This document shows, piece after piece, positions 26,709 through 39,894 of a DNA stretch of 64,000 nt (positions are counted from its first letter, which is position 1; each line of letters opens with the position of its first letter). The position numbers and the translations under genes were made by a program. This stretch comes from Piromyces finnis finn (taxonomy: Eukaryota; Fungi; Neocallimastigomycota), in assembly GCA_002104945.1 (NCBI GenBank), contig MCFH01000033.1, positions 310,001-374,000 of the forward strand. The letters run 5' to 3'. Under the pieces are notes generated by a model. That model searched no databases. It saw only the letters and a list, made by a program, of their open reading frames with translations, and was not told where the DNA came from.

Positions 26709-29117
26709 TTAATTTTTTAAAATAGAGTAGCATTCTAATGACACACCACACCATTCGCCATTTTCTATACTCCAAATACCATCTTCATCTTCATATTTTG
26801 ATCTACAATGGTTATTACTACAACATTTGTAGCCTTTTTCAGTTATTGATTCTGGACATCCTGATCGAATATTATTCAATGGGCATCCACACCAATTATC
26901 TTTTTCAACACCCCAGTAATATTTAGATTCACCCTTATTTTCTTCATGTACGACTTTACAATTATAGGAACAACAAGAATAACCTTGATCTAAAATAGTT
27001 TGGGAACAATTGCTAGGCTTATATTCTCCACATCCACACCATTCACCATTTTCATAACCCCAATCACCATTTTCGTCAGAATGGGTAACTTCACAATTAT
27101 CTGAACAACATTTATATCCTCTTTCTAAAATGAATTTTGAGCAGGATTTATTATTTGATGTTGGTGTTTCAGTTTGAATTGTTGTAGTAGCGATTGGAGT
27201 TGAAGTATTTGGAGCTTCAATTGTTGAAGTAATTGTTGTTTCATCAGTATCATAGTCTGTTGTAATTGTTGCAATAACAGTAGATTCAATTGTTGTTGTA
27301 GCATCAACAAAAGTAACATCTTCTGTTATTGAATCAATTATTTCTGTATTAGTAGGTTCAATATCAATCGTTTTTGTACTAGTTATTGGAAGTGTTTTGA
27401 AGGATGAATTGGATATAGTTTTAATTGAAGATGATACAGTGGTTGTGTTAATAACAGCTCCATTAGTAACAATTGATAATGTTGTAGTAGTACCAATGGT
27501 ATCAGTAATTGTTGATGTCATAGTTTCTGTAGATGCTACTGTTTTTGGTTTAGGAATAAATATAGAAGTAGTGGTGGTTGTAGTGGCGATTGTAGTTGTT
27601 GGAATAATTACAGGTGGAATGGTAATAGATGGAGGTTTACTAACAGAACCATTATCAGCAGCAGACGCAGTAAATGCTTGATTATAACTACCAGCTGAAA
27701 TTGTGTATACTTGACCAGCTACCATTTTTGGTGAAGTAACAAGAATAGAAGAGAAATAAGTTATTGGAGTGTATGAAGCAATAATGTTATTATCCTTATC
27801 TAAAACATTAATTTTAGTTCCTGGATTTTGTGAACTAATGGAAGCTTGAATGTAAGGTTGATAAACAGCATGAGATTCACCACCCGGTGGTGGTGGTGGT
27901 GGTTGGTAACGTTGACGTTTTAAAAGGTTACGTTTCCAGCGACCACTTGATCTACCAGTAGCAATAACTGTAGCATTTGCACAAATGGCATTAACACCAT
28001 CTGCATCAAGGACAGCCATGTTTCCATAAATTGAACCAGAACCAGTACTTCCATATAATTCGGCATTACCACCAATATAAAGGACACCATTAGAATCAAT
28101 ACCATCAACATCTCCACCCTGAACTGTAATAAAAGTCTTTCCACCAATGATATTAACATAAACACTTCCATCAGTGCCTGAACTACCATACCAGTAATAA
28201 TTTCCTTGAGTTTTATCAACAATTTTAGAAGCATTTATACCATCATCTGTTGATACAATATGTGTTTCACCACCAAGAATATCAATCATTTGGGATTCAA
28301 GACCTTCCTTTGATTTTTTAATATCAATATAACCGTTGTTAATGGTAAGATGAGTTTCAGAATGAATAGCTTTATTACCTGAAGTAATAGTAATTTTTCC
28401 ACCATCAATGACAATAAATCCCTTTTCAGGGTTGTCATCCTTTGTAACTTTAATACCTGTATCATTTGAGGTAATATCAACTGATCCATTCCTAATACAA
28501 AATGAATTTCTTGCCTTAATACCTATCTTTTTGGAGCGTGAAACAGTGATGTTACCGTTAGCAATTTTTAAATCCTTTTTACATCTTATCGCATCACGGA
28601 AATTTCCTTCAACATCTAATTTGCCACTTCCATTGAAAGAAAGATCAGCATCTACAAAGAGACAAGCATCTGGTTCACCTTCTGAATCAAGAGTATAAGA
28701 TGTTGAATCGACTAATTTATTACTACCATTAATTGTTATTGTTACTTTGTTAGCCATGACAGCATAAATTGCTGGTCCATGACTACTATTGATAGTAATA
28801 CCATTCATAACAAGATGAACATAATCTTCCTTTGCAGTATCAATAATAAGTTGACCATTCAATTTACCTAAAACAATATAAGTACCTGCTTTTACAATGG
28901 TAAGAAGTTCATCAGAATAGAGAGCTCCTGAACCATGTATATCACAATAATTATCACTACATATTATAAAAGTATCCTTGTCAATATTGTAACTTTCATC
29001 CAAATCTTTTTTCTTATATTCACATGTTACTGGACCAGCTGTTAAAGTTATTCCACCAGCAACAAAATTTATTGCTACTGTCCATAGACACAAAAATATA
29101 AAATTGAGATATTTCAT
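26709..29117 (-). CDS. Secreted Cthe_2159-like protein with Thr-rich linker and three fungal dockerin (CBM10-type) domains; intronless
   Basis: Paralog of 23223-24968 (LTAGPVTCEY, PDACLFVDADL, DDGINAS, DGIDSNG). Three C-terminal C..GY.CC...C...WG.E..WCG repeats. Confidence 0.88.
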   Translation of the reverse strand: MKYLNFIFLCLWTVAINFVAGGITLTAGPVTCEYKKKDLDESYNIDKDTFIICSDNYCDIHGSGALYSDELLTIVKAGTYIVLGKLNGQLIIDTAKEDYVHLVMNGITINSSHGPAIYAVMANKVTITINGSNKLVDSTSYTLDSEGEPDACLFVDADLSFNGSGKLDVEGNFRDAIRCKKDLKIANGNITVSRSKKIGIKARNSFCIRNGSVDITSNDTGIKVTKDDNPEKGFIVIDGGKITITSGNKAIHSETHLTINNGYIDIKKSKEGLESQMIDILGGETHIVSTDDGINASKIVDKTQGNYYWYGSSGTDGSVYVNIIGGKTFITVQGGDVDGIDSNGVLYIGGNAELYGSTGSGSIYGNMAVLDADGVNAICANATVIATGRSSGRWKRNLLKRQRYQPPPPPPGGESHAVYQPYIQASISSQNPGTKINVLDKDNNIIASYTPITYFSSILVTSPKMVAGQVYTISAGSYNQAFTASAADNGSVSKPPSITIPPVIIPTTTIATTTTTTSIFIPKPKTVASTETMTSTITDTIGTTTTLSIVTNGAVINTTTVSSSIKTISNSSFKTLPITSTKTIDIEPTNTEIIDSITEDVTFVDATTTIESTVIATITTDYDTDETTITSTIEAPNTSTPIATTTIQTETPTSNNKSCSKFILERGYKCCSDNCEVTHSDENGDWGYENGEWCGCGEYKPSNCSQTILDQGYSCCSYNCKVVHEENKGESKYYWGVEKDNWCGCPLNNIRSGCPESITEKGYKCCSNNHCRSKYEDEDGIWSIENGEWCGVSLECYSILKN

Positions 29118-30911
29118 TTTGATTTTTTTTTTTTTTTTTATACAATTAAATATTTCCTTTTTTTTTTTTTTGAATATTTGTTATTTAAATATTAGATTTT
29201 ATTTATATTATATTTTTTTGATTTTATTTTATAAATTCCGTTTTTATTTTATTTTATTTTAATTTTTTTTTTTTTTTAAATTAGAAATGTCAAATTTCTA
29301 TAATTTTTATTATTATTTATTATATAATTTATATAAAATATAATTATATAATAATATATTTTTTTTAAAGATATATATTTATATATATATACCTTTTTTT
29401 TTTTTAATTTAATGAAAAAAAAAATTTTTTTTTAAAAAAATTATTTTGTCAAAATTTGTTTCTTTTATATTGGCAGGTAAAATAATGCCTATATAAAAGA
29501 AATATAGGTTTAAATCCAACAAAGATATTTTTTTATTATTATTATTATTATTAAAAAAAATTTTAAATATGAATATGATAATAGATGATGATATTAATTA
29601 AATTGTAACATGAATAAATTAAAAATTTAAAATCATTAATTAATTTTAATGAAATATGAATGGTGGAATTATATTTTATATATTTAAAGTTACAACATAA
29701 AACTTTAATTAATAATAAATGAAACAAAGCAAAAAAGAAACATTTTATAATTATTAAAGTTTACTTATTAAAAATTTTTTGAATAATATTATTTTTTAAT
29801 ATTCTTTTTTTTTAAAACAATTAAAAAATTTGAGATTAATTTTTTTTAAAACATGGATGAAGAAAAATATATAAAAGAGATGTATAAAATTAGATGAATT
29901 TACATTTACATTCGAGTTATTTATTAATTAGAATCAAACAACATTATTATAAGAACTTGATTTTTTTAAAAAAAAATAATAAATTCCACTTTCATTTTAT
30001 TTATTCAAAAGTTATACTAACTGATTTATAAATTTAATTTCATTGTGTAATAAATAAGTTACTTGTAAGGATCAACTTTTGTATTTCTTAAGGTTTCCAA
30101 TTTTTTATTTTTTGTTTATTTTTATTTTTGGTTAAATTAAAAATGGAATTATTATTTCTATGCATTATTTAAGATCAAATAATAGAAAAATTACAAAGTT
30201 ACAATAGAAAAAATGGAAAGATAACAGCAATTATAATAATAAAATAAAAATCTAATGAAAATATAGAAAAGAAGTGCTATTAATCATTCCTTTTTTCTTT
30301 ATAAAATATCTGAAAAAAAAAATACTTTTTTTCTAAGATGATGATAACTTGTTTTTTATTTATTAATAAATCAATCAAAAACTTTAATAATTATAAAATT
30401 TATTGTAGAAATAAAAATTGATATAAAATGATTCATAAATTATTATCCATTCAAAAATTAAAGTTTCTGATATTATTAAAATTTAATTTAAATTTAATCG
30501 CTTGTAATATAATATAATATATGAGACAATTGTATTTTATTAATTAAAGCCAAGAATTAATATAATTTTATTGACAGGTTTTATTATTTATTCTATTTTG
30601 GCAATTAAAATAAGGGGTTTTTAATATAAAGATTATCTTTTAAAAATAAATTAAATTTTTATGTATTTTAACTAATTGAATTGAAAAATTCATTTGATGT
30701 AACCAAAACTATACATATGCATGAAAGATATGAAGTTATTATGAATAATGAAATATCAATATCGATATTTGATGAATAATAATAAATATATGTATTAAAA
30801 TATTTTAATATCATAATAAATAAATATATATATCAAAATATCCATAATAAATAATATATAAGGATCGAAATATTTATATAAGTATCGAAATATCCATAAT
30901 ATATAATATGA

Positions 30912-31154
30912 AGATTTCGTGTCCGATTATGAAATATAAAACATAGATAAAAATACCACTGCAGGAAATGCACCGTGTAGTCAAGCTCACTCCTCTTTCC
31001 ATTCTGGGTATTTTTTAACGTTATTAATCGCTAATTTAATATATAATTACATTTCATGTAATTTCATTCATCAACAAGTACAAAAAATAAAAAAAAAAAA
31101 TGGAATGATTTATATTCAAAAAGATCTTATGATATTGGTACGGATACGAAATCT
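30912..31154. other. Candidate MITE-like or structured element with 14-bp terminal inverted repeats
   Basis: AGATTTCGTGTCCG (30912-30925) and CGGATACGAAATCT (31141-31154) are 13/14 complementary; GC-enriched internal stem. No target site duplication seen. Confidence 0.35.
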
Positions 31155-31871
31155 ATTATTTAGCACATATATTGTTGGGATATTTAAATCATTATAATAT
31201 TAAATTGAATAATATATATTCATAATGACAATCACTTTGTTTTTATAAAGTTATTATTTCCTATAAATGTCGTCTTAATAATAAGATTTTTAACTATTTT
31301 CTGTATTTATTATAATAACAATATAACTATACCATATAATACACATAATATATACCTTGTATATTTTTAAATTCTACTTTGATTTTCTTATATATTCATT
31401 TCGCTGAAGAATAAAACTTTTCTATTACGTGAAAGTTTAAATAGCTATCATGAAAAATAATTGTTATATAGTATATTGTAATTATGTATAATAGTAAAAA
31501 AAGTTAAGTAATTTGAAATCAACTTAAATATATTAATATAACATGCTTACTCATCCTGTAATTAAATTAGATTATGTTTAAAATATAATAATATCATAAA
31601 TAAAAGTTTATATCTAATTTCTATTACTAAGAATCCCAATTCTTCAATTCTTATTATCAGTAGATTATGTACATGGAAAACTTGTACCCATAAAAATTAA
31701 TTAAATTTTAAAATAATGTAGTATCTCTAATTGTATACACAATTTCATTGATTTATATAAAATAATAAAATTATAAAATATTCTGTATACATTTTTTAAT
31801 AATGTAATTATAAAAGTTTTATATATTTAAAATTTTATTATTTTTTATGATATATTCATTGATATAATAAT

Positions 31872-31905
<34 letters not shown>

Positions 31906-32024
31906 GAATAACAATAATATTATATATATATATTTATAATTATTGCTATTTATTATATTTATAAATCTATATTATTAATTTTTCTTTCATTTTGTATATT
32001 TAGAAAATAATATAATAATTCAAA

Positions 32025-33150
32025 ATGTCAACTATTAATATATTATGTTGTTATTATGTTCATGGACTGGATGGCTGTGACCAAGATTTCAAAAGAATAA
32101 AAGAAAAAATTGAAGAAAAATTTAATTTATTATTTGATAATTCTAATACAAAGAATGACGTTATAAATTTTCATTATGGATATTGTTCCAATGACAATGC
32201 TAAAATAAAAACACACGCTGAATTTAAGGTCATAGTTGATAAATCATTTAAAGAATTAAATAGATTTCTCGAAGAAAATGCATTACATAATTTTAAAAAA
32301 GAAAATGAAATAAAATATAATAATTTTGAAAATATCACTTGTAATTTATATTTCTCTATTGTTGGCCATTCTTTAGGTGGTTTAATATCAAGAGATCTTG
32401 TAAAAAAAATATATTCACCATTTGAAAAAGATACCACTCAATATACCAACTATTTTGAATATTTAAAAACAAAATTTACATTCCTTACCACCGTTAAACC
32501 CTGTTCCTTTTTAACACTTTCAACTCCTCATTTAGGTTCTCTTGCTTGTAATGAATCAGGGGGTATTTTCAAAACAGCAGAAAAAACTGCTGTAAGAATG
32601 TATTGTAATTATTTATCAGGAAAAATTGGTAAAGTTTTCACCTACAAAGATGGTAAAAAAGGTAACGAAAAACCAACCCTTATTAGACTTTCTCAAAAAG
32701 AGTATATGAATGCTTATGAAAATTTCCCAAATAGAACATTAATTGGATGTATTAGACATGATATTCCGGTAAAGTTTTGTTCTGCTATGGGTAATATAGA
32801 ACATCCTATAGATGCTTATAAAAACGAAAATTTATTAATAGATGAGAAAAAGGGAAAAGCTGATACTAGGATTTGTTCCTATTCTGGTTATGAAGGTCAG
32901 GAATTAGAATATTATCAAAAAGAAATATTTAATGAAAAGATTTCAAAAAACATGTATTACCCTGACACAAAACATTTACCTTCTCCAGACATTGAAGAAC
33001 AAATTAAAAATGGATTAAAGAAAATAAACTATAAGGAAGATGAAAATTCTATACTAAAATATGGTAAATATTACTATATATATATATATATTTATATTTT
33101 TCTTATTAATCTGTATAATAAATAAACAACAACAACAACAACAACAACAA

Positions 33151-33182
<32 letters not shown>

Positions 33183-33566
33183 ATAATCAATATTTGAATA
33201 TATATATATATTCATTAATTAACAGAGGATATGGAAAATGTTTTTATACCCGATACCATTAATCAAGTTGAAGTTGCTGTTTCAACATTAAAATTATTTA
33301 ATGAAATAGCATTTAGAAGAATTATTATTGATTTTTCTTTATCAAAATTGGCTAGAGTAGGTACTCATACTATTTACATAGGAAATGATATTATACCTTA
33401 TGATACACCAACTCTAGCTATGATATCAAAATCTGTTGGCTTATTTTCAAATATTATTTTAGCTGATTATTTGTTAACATCAAATCAATATACCTTTTAT
33501 TCTTTAAATGATATTGTTAACAATGAAGAAGAAGGAAAAAAGGAAAAATTAGAAAATAAAAAATAA
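32025..33566 (+). CDS. DUF676-like alpha/beta hydrolase paralog B; 2 exons
   Basis: YVHGLDG, GHSLGG, LSTPHLG. Intron 33064-33225 at the same position and phase as paralog A. Confidence 0.85.
33125..33178. repeat. Compound (CAA)n(TAA)n microsatellite in the DUF676-B intron
   Basis: Directly visible. Confidence 0.9.
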
Positions 33567-33675
33567 AAAGTTGTTAATATAAAAATATTGATAGTTTTTA
33601 ACCCTATCGTTTCTACCGACTTTCATGTCTATTGTAATAAAAAAAAATAAAAAAAAAGTTTAAATATAATAAATG

Positions 33676-33721
<46 letters not shown>

Positions 33722-34084
33722 TATATATTCATATAAATTAATAGCCCTAAATGTAACAAGAAAAAAAAAAAATTGAGATTTTTAAAAAAATATTTATGGT
33801 GGTATTTTGAAATGAAATTAATTTTTGGTATGTTTTAAAAATTAAAAGTTTTATTATTATTTATTATTATTATTATTCCTTTAGATAAATATCTGACTAA
33901 AATAAAAAAAAAATTTTTTTTTTTTTTTTTTTTTGGTTGAAAATTGATAAAGAATTGATAAAATAATAAAATAATAATAATCAAATAAAATAAAAATAAA
34001 ATTCTATTCTACAAATACATCCAATATAAATTTCCCCATTTTTCTTTAAACACTTGTTTATTATTATTCATTATTTTAATAGTT

Positions 34085-37000
34085 TTAATTTGTAGTTAAT
34101 TGAGAACGAATAATATGGTATATACTTTTTTCAACTAGAATAAATGAAAGATTAAAAATATATATATATATATTAATTATATATTCATTCTTAAAATGGT
34201 AATTTTTAATATTTATAGTTATATATATAATTACTTTTTTCGCTTTTTTCGTTATTTTCATTATTATCAGATTCAGTGATGATTGAAATTTCAGTTGTGA
34301 TGTCATCCTTTTCTACTGATGATATCTTTTTATCTAATTTTAATTTCTGAGTAGAAATATCCAAAATTGATTCTTCAATAGTATCTTTTGTTACTAGTTT
34401 CATGACAGTAACATCTCTTGTTTGACCTACTCTATGGGCTCTATCTTCAGCCTAATTAAAGTTTATTTAAAAAAATATATTTATATTTATTATTATTATT
34501 TTTCAATTTTATTTTTTTTTTTTTTTTTTAATTTTAATTTTAAACCTACTTGTTTATCATTATGTGGATTAAAGTCTAAATCATATATAATAACAACATT
34601 TGCTGCTGTTAAATTAATACCAAAACCACCTATTATTTTAATTTAAATAAAAATTTTTTTTAAATAAATATTAAAATTGAAAAAAAAAAAAATTTTTTCT
34701 TAGTGGATTATTTATAATTATATATATAAAAAAAAAAATATCTATAGGTATCTATTGACTTACCAGCTTTTGTAGAAAGTAAGAAAACAAAAACATCTGG
34801 GTTATTATTAAAATCATCAATTCTTTCTTGACTAAATATATTCATACATATAAAAATTAAAGAAATCAATAATCCTGGTTTATTTTATTACAAAGTACAT
34901 ATATATATATATTTTCAAATTATAATTATATTTACCGTTCTGTTACTGGAGTTTGGCCATCTAATCTTAAATAGGTATAATTTAATGATGATAGTACTGT
35001 TTCTAAAATATCCAACATTTTTGTGAATTGACTGAATAATAATATTTTATCATTCTATTTTTAAGGATTATATAATAATTTTAGTATTTTGTTGCTGTGC
35101 TTTTTTTTTTTTTAATAGTATTTATTTATTTTAATTTTTTTTTGTTTCATAATCTAAAAAATTCAAAACTTACTCTTGCTTTACATTCAACTAAAATTTC
35201 TTTTAATTTTTGAACCTTTCCTGCATTCATCCAATTCTCTGGTTTTAATTTATATTTATTTATATACTATATAACAAGTATTTTATACAAAAATTTTATT
35301 AGTATTTCTAAATATTTTAAATTTATTTAAATATATGTATTTTAATTTCAAATAGTATTGATACATTAAATGTACCTTATAATTAACACAATAGGTATGT
35401 AACTCAAAATCGGATAATAATTGCATATCTTCAAATACATATTTTGGTTCTGAATCACAAAATTGTTCTTCCTATTAATTTTTTTTTTTTTTTTTTGGAG
35501 GATTAATTAGTTAAAATAATGAATAATATAATAATATATATACAGGCTATATAAATATCAATTATTATTTTAATTAATAATTTTTTTTATTACATTTGTA
35601 ATATCCCTTGACATTGGTTTTAACATATTATCGGTGTAGAGACTTCTAACAAGTAATGGATGATCTGAAATTTTTCTTAATTCCATCAAAACATTATTAA
35701 TTTGTTTTACTTCACCATTATGACCTTCTTTTGGATCATTATTAATATTTTTAAAGTTTGATCTTGAGGTTTCCAGAGCTTGTTGATATAATTTCTTTTG
35801 ATAGTCTGTAGATTCACAATAAACCACCTTTTCAATTTTCTTTGGTAATTCTTTTAATACCTATTAAATAATTATATAAGAAAAATAAATAAAAAAAATT
35901 TTTTTAATCATTAATGATACTATTAAATAATAATAAGAATTTTTTTTTTTTTTTTTGATTTTTATTATTTAAAATATATATATATATGTATTTACTTCAT
36001 TCTTTTTTCTTCTCAGTACAAATGGATCCATAATTTGTTTTGCTTTATTCACACGTTCTGTACTTAAAAAGGCTGCAGTACCAGTTTTGACTTCAAAAAT
36101 TTTTCTTAAACTAACCTCATCGGTAATAAATAATTTTGGCTATTTTTATTTCATTGAAATAATAAAAATAAAAAAAAAAAAAAAGAAAATAAAATGTATA
36201 AATATTCTATATATATATTAATAGAATATAATATATTTTTCCTATTCCTAGTTTAATATCAATTCTTACCATAATAAAAGTTAAAAGTGACTATATAGTT
36301 TAAAAAAAAAAAAAAAGAATAAATTAGGAAAAAGTAATATTTAAAATTTAATAAATTCATTTATTTTTATTTAAAGTTTAATCATAATTAATAATAGTCA
36401 TAATTTATAAATTATATAACAATAAGTGAATTTTTTATTTTTACTTACAATTAATTCTTGAAGTGTATTTTGAATTGGAGTACCGGTTAATAAAAATCGA
36501 CAATCAGAATTGATGGCCATTAAATGTTTATATCTCAATGAGGTCATATTTTTCATCATATGACCTTCATCTAAAATCATAATTTTAAAGTTCATATGTT
36601 TCAAGAAACCACGATCCTCTTTTTGTGACGAGGCAATTTGATACGTGGTCAAAATAATATTGTAGCTTCCCTTGGTTTCTCTTAGCTCATGTCTTAGTTC
36701 TGCTCTCTCAAATTGAGTACCGTAATAGGCACGAACTTCTAATTCGGGGCACCATTTTTCAAATTCTCTTAACCAATTATCTTTTGTGGATGAAGGTACA
36801 ATAACTAAAAATGGACCCTTGGCATCATGATTAGAATAAATATTACCTAAAAAGGAAATGACTTGGGCAGTTTTACCAAGACCCATTTCATCGGCCAAAA
36901 TACCGGAAAATCCATTTAAATACATATAGGTTAACCAACTCACACCTAATAATTGGTAATTCTTTAAAATCATTGAATTATTAACAACATCTGGTTGCTT

Positions 37001-38404
37001 TTCCAAGAAACCACTTCCTGTTTTTGTTACATTTGGTAAAAGATTACCTTTTTTATCCACACCCCAATTTTGGAATAATCCAGTAAGTTCCTTACTGATT
37101 TTTTCACAATTTTCAATAATTGAATCAGCTGCATTATAGCCACTAATAACTTCTTCATAGTGTTCAACAACCTTTCCTGAAATACCTTTTTCCTTATTTA
37201 GAGTTTTTTTTAAGGTAGCACGGTCTTTATAAGGTCTATGTGAAATAATAATTTCAGCTTGTTCCGGAGATAGAATAGATATAATATCTAGAATTTCTTG
37301 TGATGTTGCACTATTGAAAAAGGCTAATGTTTCATCTTCTTCTTCAGTATCAGATGATTTTGAAATAGTATTTGAATATAATCTTCTACGTTTTGTTTTT
37401 CCATAGTCCATATCGGAGGAATCTGACTCGTCAAACGAATCCATGGATTCTTCATCACTTTCAATAACTAATCGTTTTTTCGAAGACTTTTTAGATTTCT
37501 TTCTATCGGTTTTATTTCTTAAATTATTGGTATTACCGTTACTTCCTCTTAAAAGTTCAGATGCTTTTTTTAAATTAAATTTTGATTGACGGAAAGCTTC
37601 AATAATTTCTTCCCTTGATTTATGAGGAAACATATCAATTAATATAAGAATATAAGCATTCATTCTTGTATTTTCTTTTTCAATTTTTTTCGGTTTTATT
37701 TCGTCTTTATCTTCGTCACTATCATCAGCAATTCTTGGAATTTTATTTCTTTTTAGGGTAAAAATATTATTACTGGATAAATTAATAGTTGAAGAAGGGT
37801 TACCTTTAGTTTCATTTGTCATTGACTTTGCCACATTGCTTTCACTATCTAATTCCAATGATATAATACTTGACTTTCTTGGTAAGGGTAAAGGGTTTGA
37901 ATCTTTTATTTCTATTGGTTCTTTTTTATTCATGCTAAATGGGTTATTAAATCTATTTATGGTATTATGGGAACTACTTCCAGCATTTAAAGGTTTAAAG
38001 TAATATTTTTTATCATGTAAAGATCCAATGGGTGGTCTTCTTGGTTTAAATTCAAATCTTTTTCTAATATCATCTGCTAATAGTATGCTTGACTTTGGTT
38101 TCGGTTCCTCTATTTTTTCATCACTATCAATTTCAATTATATTATCGATTGTTTTCCTTTTACCCAATTGAATCGGTGATTGTTCAACATGAATAGTTGT
38201 TGTTTTTTTGAAAATGTTTGGTGTTCCATTTTCAATGGTTGGTTTATTAATTTTTGAAGATTTTTTTATGTTGGGAGTCTCGGGAACAGATTGAACTTCA
38301 TTTTTATCTTTTATTTTATTAAAGTAATAACTAATGGTATTCTTATTAGGTTTTTTTGGTGTTTCGGGAACATATGAAATAGTTTCTTTTTCTTTTATAG
38401 TCAT
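34085..38404 (-). CDS. FUN30: Fun30/SMARCAD1-family SNF2 chromatin remodeller with CUE-like domain, multi-exon
   Basis: [27 protein letters not shown]; spliced exons give [75 protein letters not shown]-like LIDMFP...ASELL. 21-nt microexon 36270-36290 (SLLTFIM). Confidence 0.9.
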
Positions 38405-39384
38405 TGTTTTAAATTAGTGTAATGGTTATAAAACTTTTTTTTTTTAATTGATTAATTTTTATAATATTAAATTAAACTATAATTGATATACGATTATAAT
38501 AATCAAGAATATATGGTATATTGTTTTGTGACAAGAACAAAAAAAAATAAAAAAAAAAACTTTATAATTCAATTAAACCAATTTTTAATATTGAAAACAA
38601 ATTTCAAATGATATGTCAAAATTTTTGAATTATAAAAGTGATATAATTTATAATTAATATTACAATAAAGGATTATTACTGTTGTTGTTGAATTATCTTT
38701 TAAGGATTATGAAAATAATATATATATATAATATAATTCAATATATATTTACAAGTATTAATTTTTTATTAAAATTAAATTTTGAAATTTAGATTTCAGA
38801 ATTTTATATTTTAATTGAGAACTATATGAAGGACCAATATATAATTTATATTCTTATTAAAAATAACTAATAAAATATAAATTTTATTTACTTTTTTAAT
38901 AGGAATAAAATAAATTAATCGGTTAATGGCAAAGTAACATTATAATTAAAATAAATTAATCTTTTTCAAAAAAAAAAAAAAAAAGATACATAATAATTAT
39001 TATAATAATTATCTTTTTTATTAATAATACACAAAAAAAAAAAAAAAAAATTTTTTTCCTTTTAAAATTTTACAATTATTATAATTTATTTCATTTTTAA
39101 TTTTTATATTATTATTAAAAATTTTTAGATGTAATAAAGAAATAGCCAATAAAATTGACTTTGTTACCTAAATTAAAAGTAAAAGAAGGTAACTTTGCCC
39201 TAATGATTTACACTTTAAACCTGAAGAGAAAAGGAATATTGATTTATGAGAAAAAAGTATTATTTTATGTTATTATTTCTGGTTTAAAATAAATGAAATA
39301 CCCTAAAATTGATAATATAATTAAAAAAAAAAACATTTTAAGACACCACAAAGTATGATGTAAATATTTATTAATTAATCACTT

Positions 39385-39868
39385 AGTAATAGTAATCGGT
39401 AATAGTAATAGTCAAAGTAATAGTAATAGTAATAGTAAGTAATAGTAATAGTAATAGTAATAGTAATAGTAATAGTAATAGTAATAGTAATAGTAATAGT
39501 AATAGTAATAGTAATAGTAATAGTAATAGTAATAGTAATAGTAATAGTAATAGTAATAGTAATAGTAATAGTAATAGTAATAGTAATAGTAATAGTAATA
39601 GTAATAGTAATAGTAATAGTAATAGTAATAGTAATAGTAATAGTAATAGTAATAGTAATAGTAATAGTAATAGTAATAGTAATAGTAATAGTAATAGTAT
39701 AGTAATAGTAATAGTAATAGTAATAGTAATAGTAATAGTAATAGTAATAGTAATAGTAATAGTAATAGTAATAGTAATAGTAATAGTAATAGTAATAGTA
39801 ATAGTAATAGTAATAGTAATAGTAATAGTAATAGTAATAGTAATAGTAATAGTAATAGTAATAGTAAT
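39385..39868. repeat. (AGTAAT)n hexanucleotide microsatellite, about 80 units
   Basis: Near-perfect array with a few interruptions near the left end and one near 39699. Confidence 0.97.
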
Positions 39869-39894
39869 AATAAAAGAAGTAGTTATAATAATAA

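Noticed and set aside
39385-39868. (AGTAAT)n as telomeric repeat or coding repeat
   Set aside because: Internal, no G-rich strand, and no start or splice context for translation.
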